A stretch of DNA of 64,000 bases, from contig CBDCXV010000011.1 in assembly GCA_965223905.1 (NCBI GenBank), forward strand, positions 2,016,001 to 2,080,000. The letters run 5' to 3'. The notes beneath the pieces are model-generated. The model was not told the origin of the DNA and did not search any database. It was given only the letters and a program-made list of their open reading frames with translations. Numbering within the stretch: position 1 is the stretch's first letter; each line of letters starts with the position of its first letter. This document shows, piece by piece, positions 10,944 through 20,304 of the stretch. Origin of the DNA: Candidatus Latescibacterota bacterium. GTDB lineage: Bacteria; Latescibacterota; UBA2968; UBA8231. A program made the position numbers and the translations under genes.

Positions 10944-10965
10944 CTCACATGCTCGAAAGGCTTTC

Positions 10966-11053
10966 ACATAACGTCTCGGCCACTGGGGAACTCGGCGTCA
11001 GCCGAGTTGCGTGGAGGGCCGAAGGCCCGGAGCCGCCAGGGGACCTGTTATCG
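10966..11053 (-). mobile_element. integron attC site B
   Basis: minus strand CGATAAC-AGGTCCCCTGG...CCAGTGGCCGAGAC-GTTATGT with internal hairpins. Confidence 0.85.
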
Positions 11054-11111
11054 GAAGTCGGCCCGGTTCGCCCGTGTCGTCTAACCCTTGTTAATCGCAT
11101 CGGCCCCGTGT

Positions 11112-12317
11112 CTACAGGATCTCGATGCTTTGCTCACCGTTCTTGTAGTAGTCAATCCATCCGTTTACCTGCTCGTAGAGGCCTTCGTCCTGCTCTCGTC
11201 GCAGGAAGTAGTGCATGGTGTCACCCCGTTCCAGTCGGAAGTCTACCGCACTCGGCATGTACGGCGACACGAGCAACATTCCGTCTGCGTCGCGATCGAT
11301 CGCGATTGCCGCGAAATGAGGGAGCGCGTCGTACGCGACGACCTTGAAGTCTCCGGGCAGGTCTTGGACTTCTGCGGAGAACGATTCGAGCCTCTCGAGC
11401 GACGCTCGGATCTTCTTTACGAGTTCCTCGCCCCGAGCCTTCTCATAGGTGTTTGCGATTTCGGCGTCTGGGTTCAACACAAGGCAGACGTAATTCACGC
11501 CGCGCCGCAACAGCTCCAACACCTGCTGCCGATATTCGCCGGGCTTTTCGCGAGTCAGCAAGTAGTTGGAGCACGTGCTGAGCGCGGTTCCGCAATCAAC
11601 CACCTCCGCAACTGCATGACTCATGATCCGAGCCTTGGCTGCCTGACTTGGCCGCTGAGCAACGGTGTTGAGTTGGAACGAGCCTTCGATCGGGATTCGG
11701 GCAATCCACTCGAAAACGTGTGCCGGTGAGGAGTGGCTCTGGAGGATGTACACATCCTCACCCTCAAACGAAAAGTCGAGCGGTGTGAACTTCTCTCGCA
11801 GTTTTGCCGAACTCGCTTCAAGGACGGCTCGTGAGATCACTAGAGCGTCGCGGGGCGCGACGCTCTCAAGGTGCGCCACGAAGTTCAGCTCCCGCGAGTG
11901 AATCGAGCCGTGACATTCTTTGTATCGAAACGCCCCCTTGTGAATCGCGACGCGGAGGTGCAGGTCTCCCCGAATCCCTTGCGTTCGAAAATCCTCGCGT
12001 AAGCCGGGCAGGCCACGCTCCAGAATCGCGATCGCGCTTTCGAGAGCCGTGGTGTTTGCCTTACTCTCATGGGAATCGTAGATGACGCATAACCCTCCGT
12101 CGCCCTGCCACCCCCAAAATTCGGCGTACGCGCAGTCATTCAGCGTCCTCCTAGACTGAACGAGGTCGTAAATGGATTTCTCTAATAGGTCGAACAGCAA
12201 GTCGGCCTTGTCGCTTGGGTTCTCGCGCACGATGGCGGAGTGCCCTGACGCATCCACTTTGACGAAGTATGCGTTGACCAGCGGGACTCCCTCCTCAAAG
12301 AGGCTGTCAGAATGCAT
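11112..12317 (-). CDS. gene cassette: class III nucleotide cyclase domain fused to PLD-like (DUF5919-like) domain
   Basis: 'VKVDASGHS', 'WQGDGGL', 'LRVAIHKG', 'LNFVAHLES'; C-terminal 'VCLVLNPD...YDALPHF...LLVSPY'; RBS AAAGGAG. Confidence 0.75.
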   Translation of the reverse strand: MHSDSLFEEGVPLVNAYFVKVDASGHSAIVRENPSDKADLLFDLLEKSIYDLVQSRRTLNDCAYAEFWGWQGDGGLCVIYDSHESKANTTALESAIAILERGLPGLREDFRTQGIRGDLHLRVAIHKGAFRYKECHGSIHSRELNFVAHLESVAPRDALVISRAVLEASSAKLREKFTPLDFSFEGEDVYILQSHSSPAHVFEWIARIPIEGSFQLNTVAQRPSQAAKARIMSHAVAEVVDCGTALSTCSNYLLTREKPGEYRQQVLELLRRGVNYVCLVLNPDAEIANTYEKARGEELVKKIRASLERLESFSAEVQDLPGDFKVVAYDALPHFAAIAIDRDADGMLLVSPYMPSAVDFRLERGDTMHYFLRREQDEGLYEQVNGWIDYYKNGEQSIEIL

Positions 12318-12403
12318 GAGGTCTTCTCCTTTCAGTCATCCGCAACGACGTGATGGTTTGACGGAGACACATGCGTACAAAACTCAAAGCGAATGACGAA
12401 TTC

Positions 12404-12495
12404 CTATAACGTCCCGGCCACTGGCGACGCCCGCCGTAGGCGGGTGTTCGCGGAGGCAGCCTCAGCGGCAGCAGCCACCAGTGGACCTGTTAGAT
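12404..12495 (-). mobile_element. integron attC site C
   Basis: minus strand ATCTAAC-AGGTCCACTGG...CCAGTGGCCGGGAC-GTTATAG. Confidence 0.85.
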
Positions 12496-12513
12496 GATGT
12501 GACGCTGGGCCTA

Positions 12514-13095
12514 TCAACAGTTCTTGGGCATCTCCTTCCAAGCCCGAGAAGCGACGTTCTCAGCAATGTCGCGCGTCACCTCGATGAACTCCTCCACTTC
12601 AGCTTCTCCGATGTTCAACTTGTGGTCGTGCGCGGCGACGTTTCGTAGCCTTCGCAGTTTCCCAAGGCCCTCTGCCTCCTGAGGCGTCACCAACTCGTGG
12701 GATCGCAGGGCCGCCAGCAAACGCGGAAACGAAACCGGTCTGTCTTGGGGAAGTAGATCCAGGGCGCGCGCGGAGGACACGGCAGTCGTTTCCAAACCGA
12801 TCCATGCCTCGATGATCGCGGCGCGCGGCGACCCCTCACCAACTGCTCGATAGTAGTCCGTGGCCTCTTCGTCCTCGGCGGGAGGCAGTCTCTTGGGTTC
12901 CGCTGGCGGTTCCAGCTGCGCCCTCACGGCAGCGAGCTCCTTGCTGAACTCTACTTCAAGATCTTTGTACCGGAATCGATTTAGGTTCGGGAGCAACGCC
13001 CGGACGGAACGGCGAAACAACACGAGAACCATCACCGCCGCAGCGGGCCAAGCTAGTGCTTCAACGAGAGCAGCGATGAACTCTAATGTCCCCAT
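12514..13095 (-). CDS. gene cassette: N-terminal TM helix plus HEPN-like domain
   Basis: hydrophobic residues ~5-27; RxxxxH motif 'LRRLRNVAAH'; RBS AGGGAG. Confidence 0.7.
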   Translation of the reverse strand: MGTLEFIAALVEALAWPAAAVMVLVLFRRSVRALLPNLNRFRYKDLEVEFSKELAAVRAQLEPPAEPKRLPPAEDEEATDYYRAVGEGSPRAAIIEAWIGLETTAVSSARALDLLPQDRPVSFPRLLAALRSHELVTPQEAEGLGKLRRLRNVAAHDHKLNIGEAEVEEFIEVTRDIAENVASRAWKEMPKNC

Positions 13096-13114
13096 AACTC
13101 CCTACAGCTAAACA

Positions 13115-13175
13115 AGCGTCACTGCATCTAAACTAATTGCATCTGAACAAATGGGTTCGGATAATGCCCGCCTGG
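13115..13175 (-). mobile_element. putative attI site at the head of the array
   Basis: minus strand TATCCGAAC-ccattt-GTTCAGATGCA-atta-GTTTAGATGCAGTGACGCT; the last part complements the end of cassette 1; no attC arm here. Confidence 0.55.
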
Positions 13176-13486
13176 TATTACCCATCCGATACGATGGTAC
13201 GTTTCGGGGTGAACCGTCGCAACTGTTTCCCCGTTCGGGATATCCGGCCTAACTCGTTGCGGTTGTGACAGATAGGACGATCTCCGACCCCTGGTCGGAC
13301 TGGACGGCTTTCACTACGGCAGGGCCTACCTGTGCCTTGGAGAAACGTGTTTGGCGGCGCTCGGAGACACCGGACCTTGCCGACGCCCAGTTCGCCATCC
13401 TCAAACGGATCGAATCCGATGAGTAGACAGGAAAATGAGATTCGGCTGGTTTGGAAAGGGTCCAGGCGGTCGCGAAATTGTGCTTA

Positions 13487-13845
13487 GCGGTCACACTCCG
13501 GAAAGCTGTGCCGCCACGTGGTCCGCGAGATCCTCGAATTCACAGGTCCCCCGGTACTGCACGAGCTCGGACCGCTGCTCCTGTTTCAGCCTCTCGGCCC
13601 GCCGCTCGTTGAGCGGGACCTCGTGCGTGATGAACTGCCCCCACCAACCCAATCCCCGCATGCGGTCGGGACTCGCCGCGACGAATGAATCGCGGTAGCT
13701 CGCCGGAAACAGCTCGGTGTAGGCGGCGTAGTTGTTCAGCCACGAGCTCGTGCCGATGCGCCTGATCCCCGGGGCGTTCCTCGCCGCGTCTTCGAGCAGC
13801 TGCTGCATCCAGGCGAACTTTCTGAGCCGGTCCACGAAAGGGGAA
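13487..13845 (-). repeat. diverged ~359-bp duplicate of the 3' end of the gene at 26652-27503
   Basis: near-identical to 26648-27006. Confidence 0.9.
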
Positions 13846-14868
13846 GCGCTCCAGCGTGAACGCTGTCCTCGCCTGACCCTCGACTTCGACGGCTCGGTGT
13901 CCTCCACTTGTGGTCATGCTGAAGGTACCGCGGTCGGCTACAATCCCAAGAAAAAAGGGGCGCGCAGCTACTACAACCTGTTTTGCACGGTGGCCCAAAC
14001 CGGTCAATTCTTCGATGTCCTTCACCGGCCCGGCAACGTCCATGACAGCAAGGACGCTCATGAATTCATGATGAACGTTTTCGATCGCGTGGGCGACGAA
14101 CTGGCGCACCCCGTGCTCGAGTCCCGACTGGACAGCGCCTTCTTCAGCCAACACACGCTTACCCTCATGGACCTGTATGGCGTCGAATGCACGATCAGTG
14201 TCCCTTTCGAACGCTTTGCGCTACTCAAGGACAAAATCGAGGCGCGCCAGCGCTGGTGCTATCTCGATGAGCAATGCTCCTATTTCGAGAGTGACTGGAA
14301 ACCCAAAAGCTGGCCGGCCTCGTACCGGTTTCTCTTCGTGCGCCGTAGGGTACGGCGCACGACCAAGGAAGCGCTGCAACTGGATCTGTTCGAACCCCGA
14401 GCATTCGATCACGAGTACCGCGTTGTGGTTACCAACAAGCCGAGCCTCGGCACGTAGCGTGCTCCTCTTCCACTATGGCCGCGGCGCTCAGGAAGGGATC
14501 TTCGCCGAGGCCAAGCAACATGCCGGGCTGGATCTGATCCCCACCCGACGGCTGCTCGGAAACCAGATGGTTACTTTGGGTGCGATGATGGCCCACAACC
14601 TGGGGCGCGAAATGCAGATGCTGGCGCAGGCGCGATCCAACTATTCGCGTGGCAAACGTCCGGCGGCGTGGACCTTCCAGACCCTGGGCACCTTGCGTCA
14701 GCGCTTCCTGCATCGCGCCGGGCGTCTCACTCAGCCCAAGGGAGAGTTGACCCTGACCATGAATTCGAATCCAAAAATCGAAAAGGATCTGTTGCATTTT
14801 CTCGATACACTGAAGGATGCGGCCTGACCACAACCACCTCCTTCAAGCTGATTTATGCAACGTTAGGG
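13846..14868 (+). mobile_element. IS1380-family element, 5'-truncated, frameshifted transposase
   Basis: 'LTLDFDGSV', '[12 protein letters not shown]', 'RPGNVH', 'RLDSAFF'; ends TGCAACGTTAGGG. Confidence 0.88.
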
Positions 14869-14980
14869 TGAAGTACAGCAAACAAGCGATTTGTGCCCGT
14901 TTTCCCAAGCTCCCGCGTCTTCGCTTCGAGGATTCCGGCCCGTGAAAAGCTCGGCCATCTTCGGCCCCCATGTCATTGTG

Positions 14981-16444
14981 GGGTCTATCCGGGTTTTTCA
15001 ACGCCGAAACGTAAGTACGGAAAGTACCTGAGCCCTTGCTGTCCATCTGAGTACATGACAAGGCCATAGGTCGTTCCCTATGCTTGGTGTATCCCCATCA
15101 AGCACTCCCCAAGAAAGGGAAGGGAAGGCGACCTATGACCGCTATGAAGTTCGTCTCCAAGCTGTTCCAATTCAAGGGATTTCGCGCGGTGGGCGTGTGC
15201 TTCGAAGGACACGGGGAAGAAGCGGCCGTCGTGGTCGCGGTGAAGCCCCAAAGGAACGGGTGCCGGTGTCCCGAGTGTGGGCGCCGCGGCAAGATCGTAC
15301 AGGTCATGGAGTTCCGCCGCTGGCGCGACGTCCGCGTTTGCGGCCGTACCCTCTGGTTGCACCACGCCCCTCGGGAGATCCGCTGCCCGACCCACGGCCG
15401 TCGCGTCGAGGAGGTGCCCTGGGCGGCGCCCTCGGCCCAGGTCAGCTACCGCTTCGAATACCTGCTGCTGAGGTACTGCCAGTGGATGACGCAGGCCGCC
15501 GCCGCGCGCCTGCTGGGTCTGGCCCCGTCGACCCTGTCCGACCAGCTGCACCGGCTCATCGAGCGCCGGCGTACGGGGCACCGCATCCGCCGGCTGAAGA
15601 CCCTCGGCATCGACGAGATCTCCTACGCCAAGGGCCATAAATACGCTACCCTGGTCTACGACCTGGAACGCTCCCGTGTCGTCTGGGTCGGCAAGGGCAA
15701 GGCACGGAAGACCATCGACGCGTTTTTCCGGGACCATCTCAGCGCCTTCCAGAAGGACCGCATCCGCTGGGCCTGCTGCGACCTGAGCGAGACCTTCATC
15801 GGCGCCATCCGGCAGCATGGTCCCAACGCCGAGTTGGTCCTGGACCGATTCCACGTCGTCAAGGCCCTCAACGAAGCCGTCGACGAGGTGCGCAAGGAGC
15901 AGTGGCGGCAAGCCTGTGGCGAGGACCGCAAGCTGCTCAAGGGCCTGCGCTGGGTGCTGCTGCATCACTCCGCCCAGCGCTCGCGAAAGGATCGGCGCAC
16001 GCTCCAAACCCTGGAGAAGGCCAACCGCCGCATCTACCGCGCCTGGCGCCTGAAGGACGAGTTCGAGCACTTCTGGCGCTACAAGGCGCGCTGGGCCGCC
16101 GAACGCTTCCTCAAGAAGTGGACGACGGCGGCCCTGCGCAGCCGCCTGCAGCCCCTGCGCAAGTTCGTCAACACGGTGCGCAAGCAGGCGGCCGGCATCA
16201 CCGCCTTCGTCGACACGCACCTGACCAACGCCGCCGCCGAAGGGCTCAATCGCATTATCCGCATGGTCAAGAATCGAGCCAGTGGATTTAAAACTCTGGA
16301 TGCCTTTGCCGACCTGATTTACCTGTGCGTCGGAGACCTCGATATCCCTGCGCAGATTCCGGCCCGATTCCGTACAGTATGAAACCCTAAAAATCTCATT
16401 GGGGAAACGCTATAAATACCACGTTGAAAAACCCGTATATAGCC
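14981..16444 (+). mobile_element. ISL3-family element, copy 1 (1464 bp), no target duplication
   Basis: IRs GGGTCTATCCGGGTTTTTCAACG / GGCTATATACGGGTTTTTCAACG. Confidence 0.95.
15084..16382 (+). CDS. ISL3 transposase
   Basis: Zn finger CPECG…CPTH, 'LGIDE', 'DRFHVVK', 'TNAAAEGLN'. Confidence 0.95.
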   Translation: MVYPHQALPKKGKGRRPMTAMKFVSKLFQFKGFRAVGVCFEGHGEEAAVVVAVKPQRNGCRCPECGRRGKIVQVMEFRRWRDVRVCGRTLWLHHAPREIRCPTHGRRVEEVPWAAPSAQVSYRFEYLLLRYCQWMTQAAAARLLGLAPSTLSDQLHRLIERRRTGHRIRRLKTLGIDEISYAKGHKYATLVYDLERSRVVWVGKGKARKTIDAFFRDHLSAFQKDRIRWACCDLSETFIGAIRQHGPNAELVLDRFHVVKALNEAVDEVRKEQWRQACGEDRKLLKGLRWVLLHHSAQRSRKDRRTLQTLEKANRRIYRAWRLKDEFEHFWRYKARWAAERFLKKWTTAALRSRLQPLRKFVNTVRKQAAGITAFVDTHLTNAAAEGLNRIIRMVKNRASGFKTLDAFADLIYLCVGDLDIPAQIPARFRTV

Positions 16445-17643
16445 GGTTTCCGGCGCCTGCGAGACGTGGACTATTACCGGGACGATCCGGTCGTGCGGCG
16501 TTTGTTGGGGCTGCGTCGTCTCCCCGACGTGGCCACCGTCAGTCGCACCCTGGCGACCCTGAAGCCCTCGAATATTGCCACGGTGCGGCAGCTGTCCTCG
16601 ACCTTGGTGAGGAACGCCCTGCAGCGTGAGCGTTTTGCCCGTCTGACCCTCGACTTCGACGGCTCGGTGGTGTCCACGCGCGGTCATGCCGAAGGCACCG
16701 CTGTCGGCTACAACCCCAAAAGAAAGGGCGCGCGCAGCTACTACAACCTGTTCGGCACCGTGGCCCAAACCGGGCAATTCCTCGATGTCCTGCACCGTCC
16801 CGGCAACGTCCATGACAGCAAGGGCGCTCATGAGTTCATGATGGACGCCTTCGATCGCGTGCGCGCCCTTCTTCCCCACACCGTGCTCGAGGCTCGACTG
16901 GACAGCGCCTTCTTCAGCCAACACACGCTCACTCTCCTCGACCTGTATGGCGTCGAATCCACTCTCAGCGTGCCGTTCGAACGCTTCCCCGTACTCAAGC
17001 ACAAAATCGAGTCCCGCAAGCGCTGGCGCTATCTGGATGAGGAACGCTCCTATTTCGAGAGTGCGTGGAAACCGGCCAGCCGGCCGGCCACGTATCGGTT
17101 TGTCTTTGTGCGCCGTACGGTCAAGCGTCAGACCAAGGAGCCCTTGCAGCTGGATCTGTTTCAACCTCGCGAAACCGACTAGGACTACCGCGTCCTGGTC
17201 ACCAACAAGAGGACCTCGGCAGGCAACGTGGTCCTCTTCCACGGGGGCCGCGGCGCTCAGGAAGGGATCTTCGGCGAGGCCAAGCAGCAGGCCGGGTTGG
17301 ACCTGATCCCCACCCGAAGGGTACTCGGCAACCAGATGGTCACCTTGTGTGCGAGGATGGCTCACAACCTGGGGCGCGAAATGCAGATGCTCACCCAGGG
17401 GCGCTCGACCTATTCGCGCGCCAAACGTCCGCCGCCGTGGACCTTCCAGACCCTGGACACCTTGCGTCATCGCTTCATCCAACGCGCCGGCCGGCTCACC
17501 CAGCCCAAGGGCGAGTTGACCCTGACGATGAACTCGAACCCAAAAGCCCAAAAAGATCTGTTGCATTTCCTCGAAACACTGAAGCAAGCGGCCTGATCAC
17601 AACCGCCTCATACTCGTTCAAACAGGTTTTTGCAACGTTAGGG
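16445..17643 (+). mobile_element. IS1380-family element, second diverged copy, 5' cut by ISL3, internal TAG at 17180-17182
   Basis: same motifs as 13846-14868; same right end TGCAACGTTAGGG. Confidence 0.88.
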
Positions 17644-17934
17644 TAGATCCAACAGGAATTCGCCATCCACTTCGAGATCCCGATCCTTGATGTGTATCAG
17701 TCCCTGGGGATCGACCCGGTCCACGGCCCAAGACTTCTCCCTGATGAACGCAGGACTGGATTGAAGGGTCAGAACCATGTCCTCAAGGCGCCGCTCTGTA
17801 TGGAGGTTCTCCAATTGTAGCCGGCGCAAGACCGGGAAAGCGCTCTGGTGGGCCGCAAAGTTCAGTTTTGGGGCAATGTCCGCGTGAATTCGCATCGCAG
17901 TAGTTTCCTGATCGCCGTATTCGAAGGTTTGCAT
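17644..17934 (-). pseudogene. N-terminal stump of a DUF4011/DUF3320-type large SF1 helicase-nuclease, cut by IS1380
   Basis: 'KLNFAAHQSAFPVLRRLQLEN...LTLQSSPAFIREKSWAVDRV' resembles the N-terminus of this family. Confidence 0.65.
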
Positions 17935-18748
17935 TTCTCTGTTACCGCCTCAGGTGGACCAACTCCGATCCTCGGGTCCGCATCGACGCCACCCCACTCA
18001 GACGGCCTACAATAAGAGGACAGTGCCGAATGATCGAGTCAAGCAGGACCTGGGGCATGGACGGACTGAGGATATTCGCACGACTCCCCCGAGGTAAACC
18101 GGGGGTAAGAGAAAGGGGGCCATCGTCCCAGTGCCTGTACCTTCCCTACGAGATCTGCGCCGAGGGAATTCCTCAAGCTGGCCGCATTCCAGGGGGAGCG
18201 GTCTCTCCAAGGATACAATCTGGTGGCGCTGTTTCTCGGCGGCCACAAGGGACTGGCAAGGCAGTCGGGTCGGTGCAGGAAATGCATTGCATGGGTGTAG
18301 CAGCTGCCCGTATCCCATAAGGATTAGAAGGTTGTCTGGTATCTGTCCCGGATGCGGCCCCGTGGGCGTACATGATTCCCGTTCTCTTGCCTCGCTTTCG
18401 GCTGCTACTCCGGCATGCATCGAATTTCTCGGGAGCACATTGTTTCCGGGATCAACAACCCTCCGATTTCCAGGAGGCGGTAGGCCGTCAGCATTAGGAA
18501 CTTCTATCGCGGTTACGCCGAAGTTCGTCGGCATTCCGGTCTTCGACGAAATCCGCAGCAGTTTCGAGTTCTCTACGTCGGACCCAGTCCGGTCTGGGGA
18601 GGTGCGGAGGGTTTGTTTGGAGGAGACCGACCTGGAGGGCGGCGATCTGCGTTGGCGCAGGTGGTCCGAAAAGGGGGAGGCCACTTAACTTCTCCCCGGT
18701 CGTTGACCCCCTTTCCCGTCCCCGGGGGCTTGAGGGTTGGCTTGCCCA

Positions 18749-19657
18749 TCATGGGCCGAACGTGGCCTTGATGCGGGACCAGGAATCCCATCGGATGGCC
18801 GTCGGGACCTGGCCGTCCGGGCCCAGCAGAATGCCATCGGAGAAATTATCCGCGCCCCCGTACGGGTCGGGTTCGGCCGTTGTCCGAAGGCCGAAAAAAT
18901 CGTTCCCGCCCTGGTTACGGCGGTCCCATTCCATGACACCGACGCTGAGGCCGATGATCTGCCCGGCCCGAAAATCCGATATCCGACTGTAGTCCGGGCC
19001 CCGGCTGTCTAGTTCGTCCCAAGCCGTAACATAGAGCTCCACAACCCATATAGTCGGATTTTCGCCGGCCGTGTCTCCGCCGCCGTGGGCGAACGGCGGC
19101 CAATACATCCATGGGCCATAATCTTCCTGCTCGAACACGGATAGTTCAACCGAAGCCCGGCCGTTCTCCGTTTGGGAAACGGCATGCCACCGTTGCGCCT
19201 GCCGATGGGATTCATGCGTCGTCGGATCGTCGCCGTGCGGGCCACGGAAATCGTATTCCCCGCCCGTATGGTCCCCGTCCACCGCAAGGGAAACGTTGTC
19301 CGAAACCATGAAGCCGCCCGGATGGTCTTCGTAGTAGTGCGCGTCATCGGCAAAGACGGCCGCCATGTACAGGCGGCCCGGTTCCCCCCAGGCAAGCCAA
19401 ATGCGGAAATCCAGGTTCGCCGGGTCATACGGAACCGAACCCTCAAAATCCAACGCCGTAAGCAGCGGCGGGCCGAGGGCTTCCCGCCAATCGTCTATGC
19501 TGCCATCATCCAGATCAATGCCTTCCAGCACATGGGCCGGAACCTGCGGGATGGGCAAAAGCCGCTCCCCGATGTGTCCGTCGGCCGGATCGGCCAACAA
19601 GCCGGTCACCAGTACGGCCCATGGCATAGCCCACAAAAACGCCGCCGGACACATCAT
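18749..19657 (-). CDS. secreted CBM9/DOMON-like sugar-binding protein with SWxRIK tail
   Basis: signal peptide; 'IDLDDGSIDDW', 'DFRIWLAW', 'VDGDHTGG'; ends TAIRWDSWSRIKATFGP. Confidence 0.7.
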   Translation of the reverse strand: MMCPAAFLWAMPWAVLVTGLLADPADGHIGERLLPIPQVPAHVLEGIDLDDGSIDDWREALGPPLLTALDFEGSVPYDPANLDFRIWLAWGEPGRLYMAAVFADDAHYYEDHPGGFMVSDNVSLAVDGDHTGGEYDFRGPHGDDPTTHESHRQAQRWHAVSQTENGRASVELSVFEQEDYGPWMYWPPFAHGGGDTAGENPTIWVVELYVTAWDELDSRGPDYSRISDFRAGQIIGLSVGVMEWDRRNQGGNDFFGLRTTAEPDPYGGADNFSDGILLGPDGQVPTAIRWDSWSRIKATFGP

Positions 19658-20112
19658 TTCGACACCCGGCCCATGGCCTTGACTCGGGCCCAAGAAGCGG
19701 GCCGAACGGCCGTCAGAGGCACGGGTGGGTCGGAGTAGAAATTGGCCGTCCAGGTAAAATCGGAGCTAAGCCCATCCTGCTGGGCTACCACGCCCCATGC
19801 AAAGGGCCCCGAACCGCCAAACTTGTTTGTGTGCCGGAACCGCATGACGGCCACGTCCGGCCGATGTTCCACCTGCTGGCCGCCGGCAAGGCCGATTACC
19901 CGCCATCTGCCGTCCCTGAATTCTTCCCAATGGTGAAAAATCTGGTAGCTGTCCGCATCCGGCACCGGAGTCCAGGCCAAGTCGATAAAATCCTCCGGGG
20001 CCCCAGGCTCGACCCAAATAGAATCCGGGGCCGGGATGGAGCCGGTACCGTGCCCATGGGCCGGGACCGTCCACAGGGCGAACACCCCGAGGGCAAAAAG
20101 TGCGTTCCTCAT
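19654..20112 (-). CDS. secreted hypothetical protein with SWxRVK tail
   Basis: AAGGAGG RBS, signal peptide MRNALFALGVFALW, ends TAVRPASWARVKAMGRVSK; ATGA-coupled to next gene. Confidence 0.7.
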   Translation of the reverse strand: MRNALFALGVFALWTVPAHGHGTGSIPAPDSIWVEPGAPEDFIDLAWTPVPDADSYQIFHHWEEFRDGRWRVIGLAGGQQVEHRPDVAVMRFRHTNKFGGSGPFAWGVVAQQDGLSSDFTWTANFYSDPPVPLTAVRPASWARVKAMGRVSK

Positions 20113-20287
20113 GGCAAACCTCCTTGGGGTTAAGGGGCCGCGTCGGACACGAAACACATGGAAATTCATCGAAACTAAGAGATGACGCCTCGCCGCCCAA
20201 TCGTGTAAACAGAAAGGTACCCACACCGCGTGTAAAGGATCCAAACCGTTGATACAGCAGTCCGACCCCTCGTCAGCGACAAGAAAT

Positions 20288-20304
20288 GGGTCTATCCGGG
20301 TTTT
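20288..20304 (+). mobile_element. isolated ISL3 left-end remnant
   Basis: GGGTCTATCCGGGTTTT identical to the first 17 bp of the ISL3 copies. Confidence 0.65.

Noticed and set aside
13249-13494. Possible integron integrase remnant next to attI ('GPAVVK' resembles IntI C-termini)
   Set aside because: No tyrosine-recombinase motifs (RHSFATH, YTH) recognised; similarity too weak
14455-17182. Programmed readthrough or recoding in the IS1380 transposases
   Set aside because: The lesions differ (frameshift versus TAG) and lie at different positions; both copies are truncated
18007-18688. ORFs and hairpins between the helicase stump and the CBM9 gene
   Set aside because: No recognisable protein motif or RNA family
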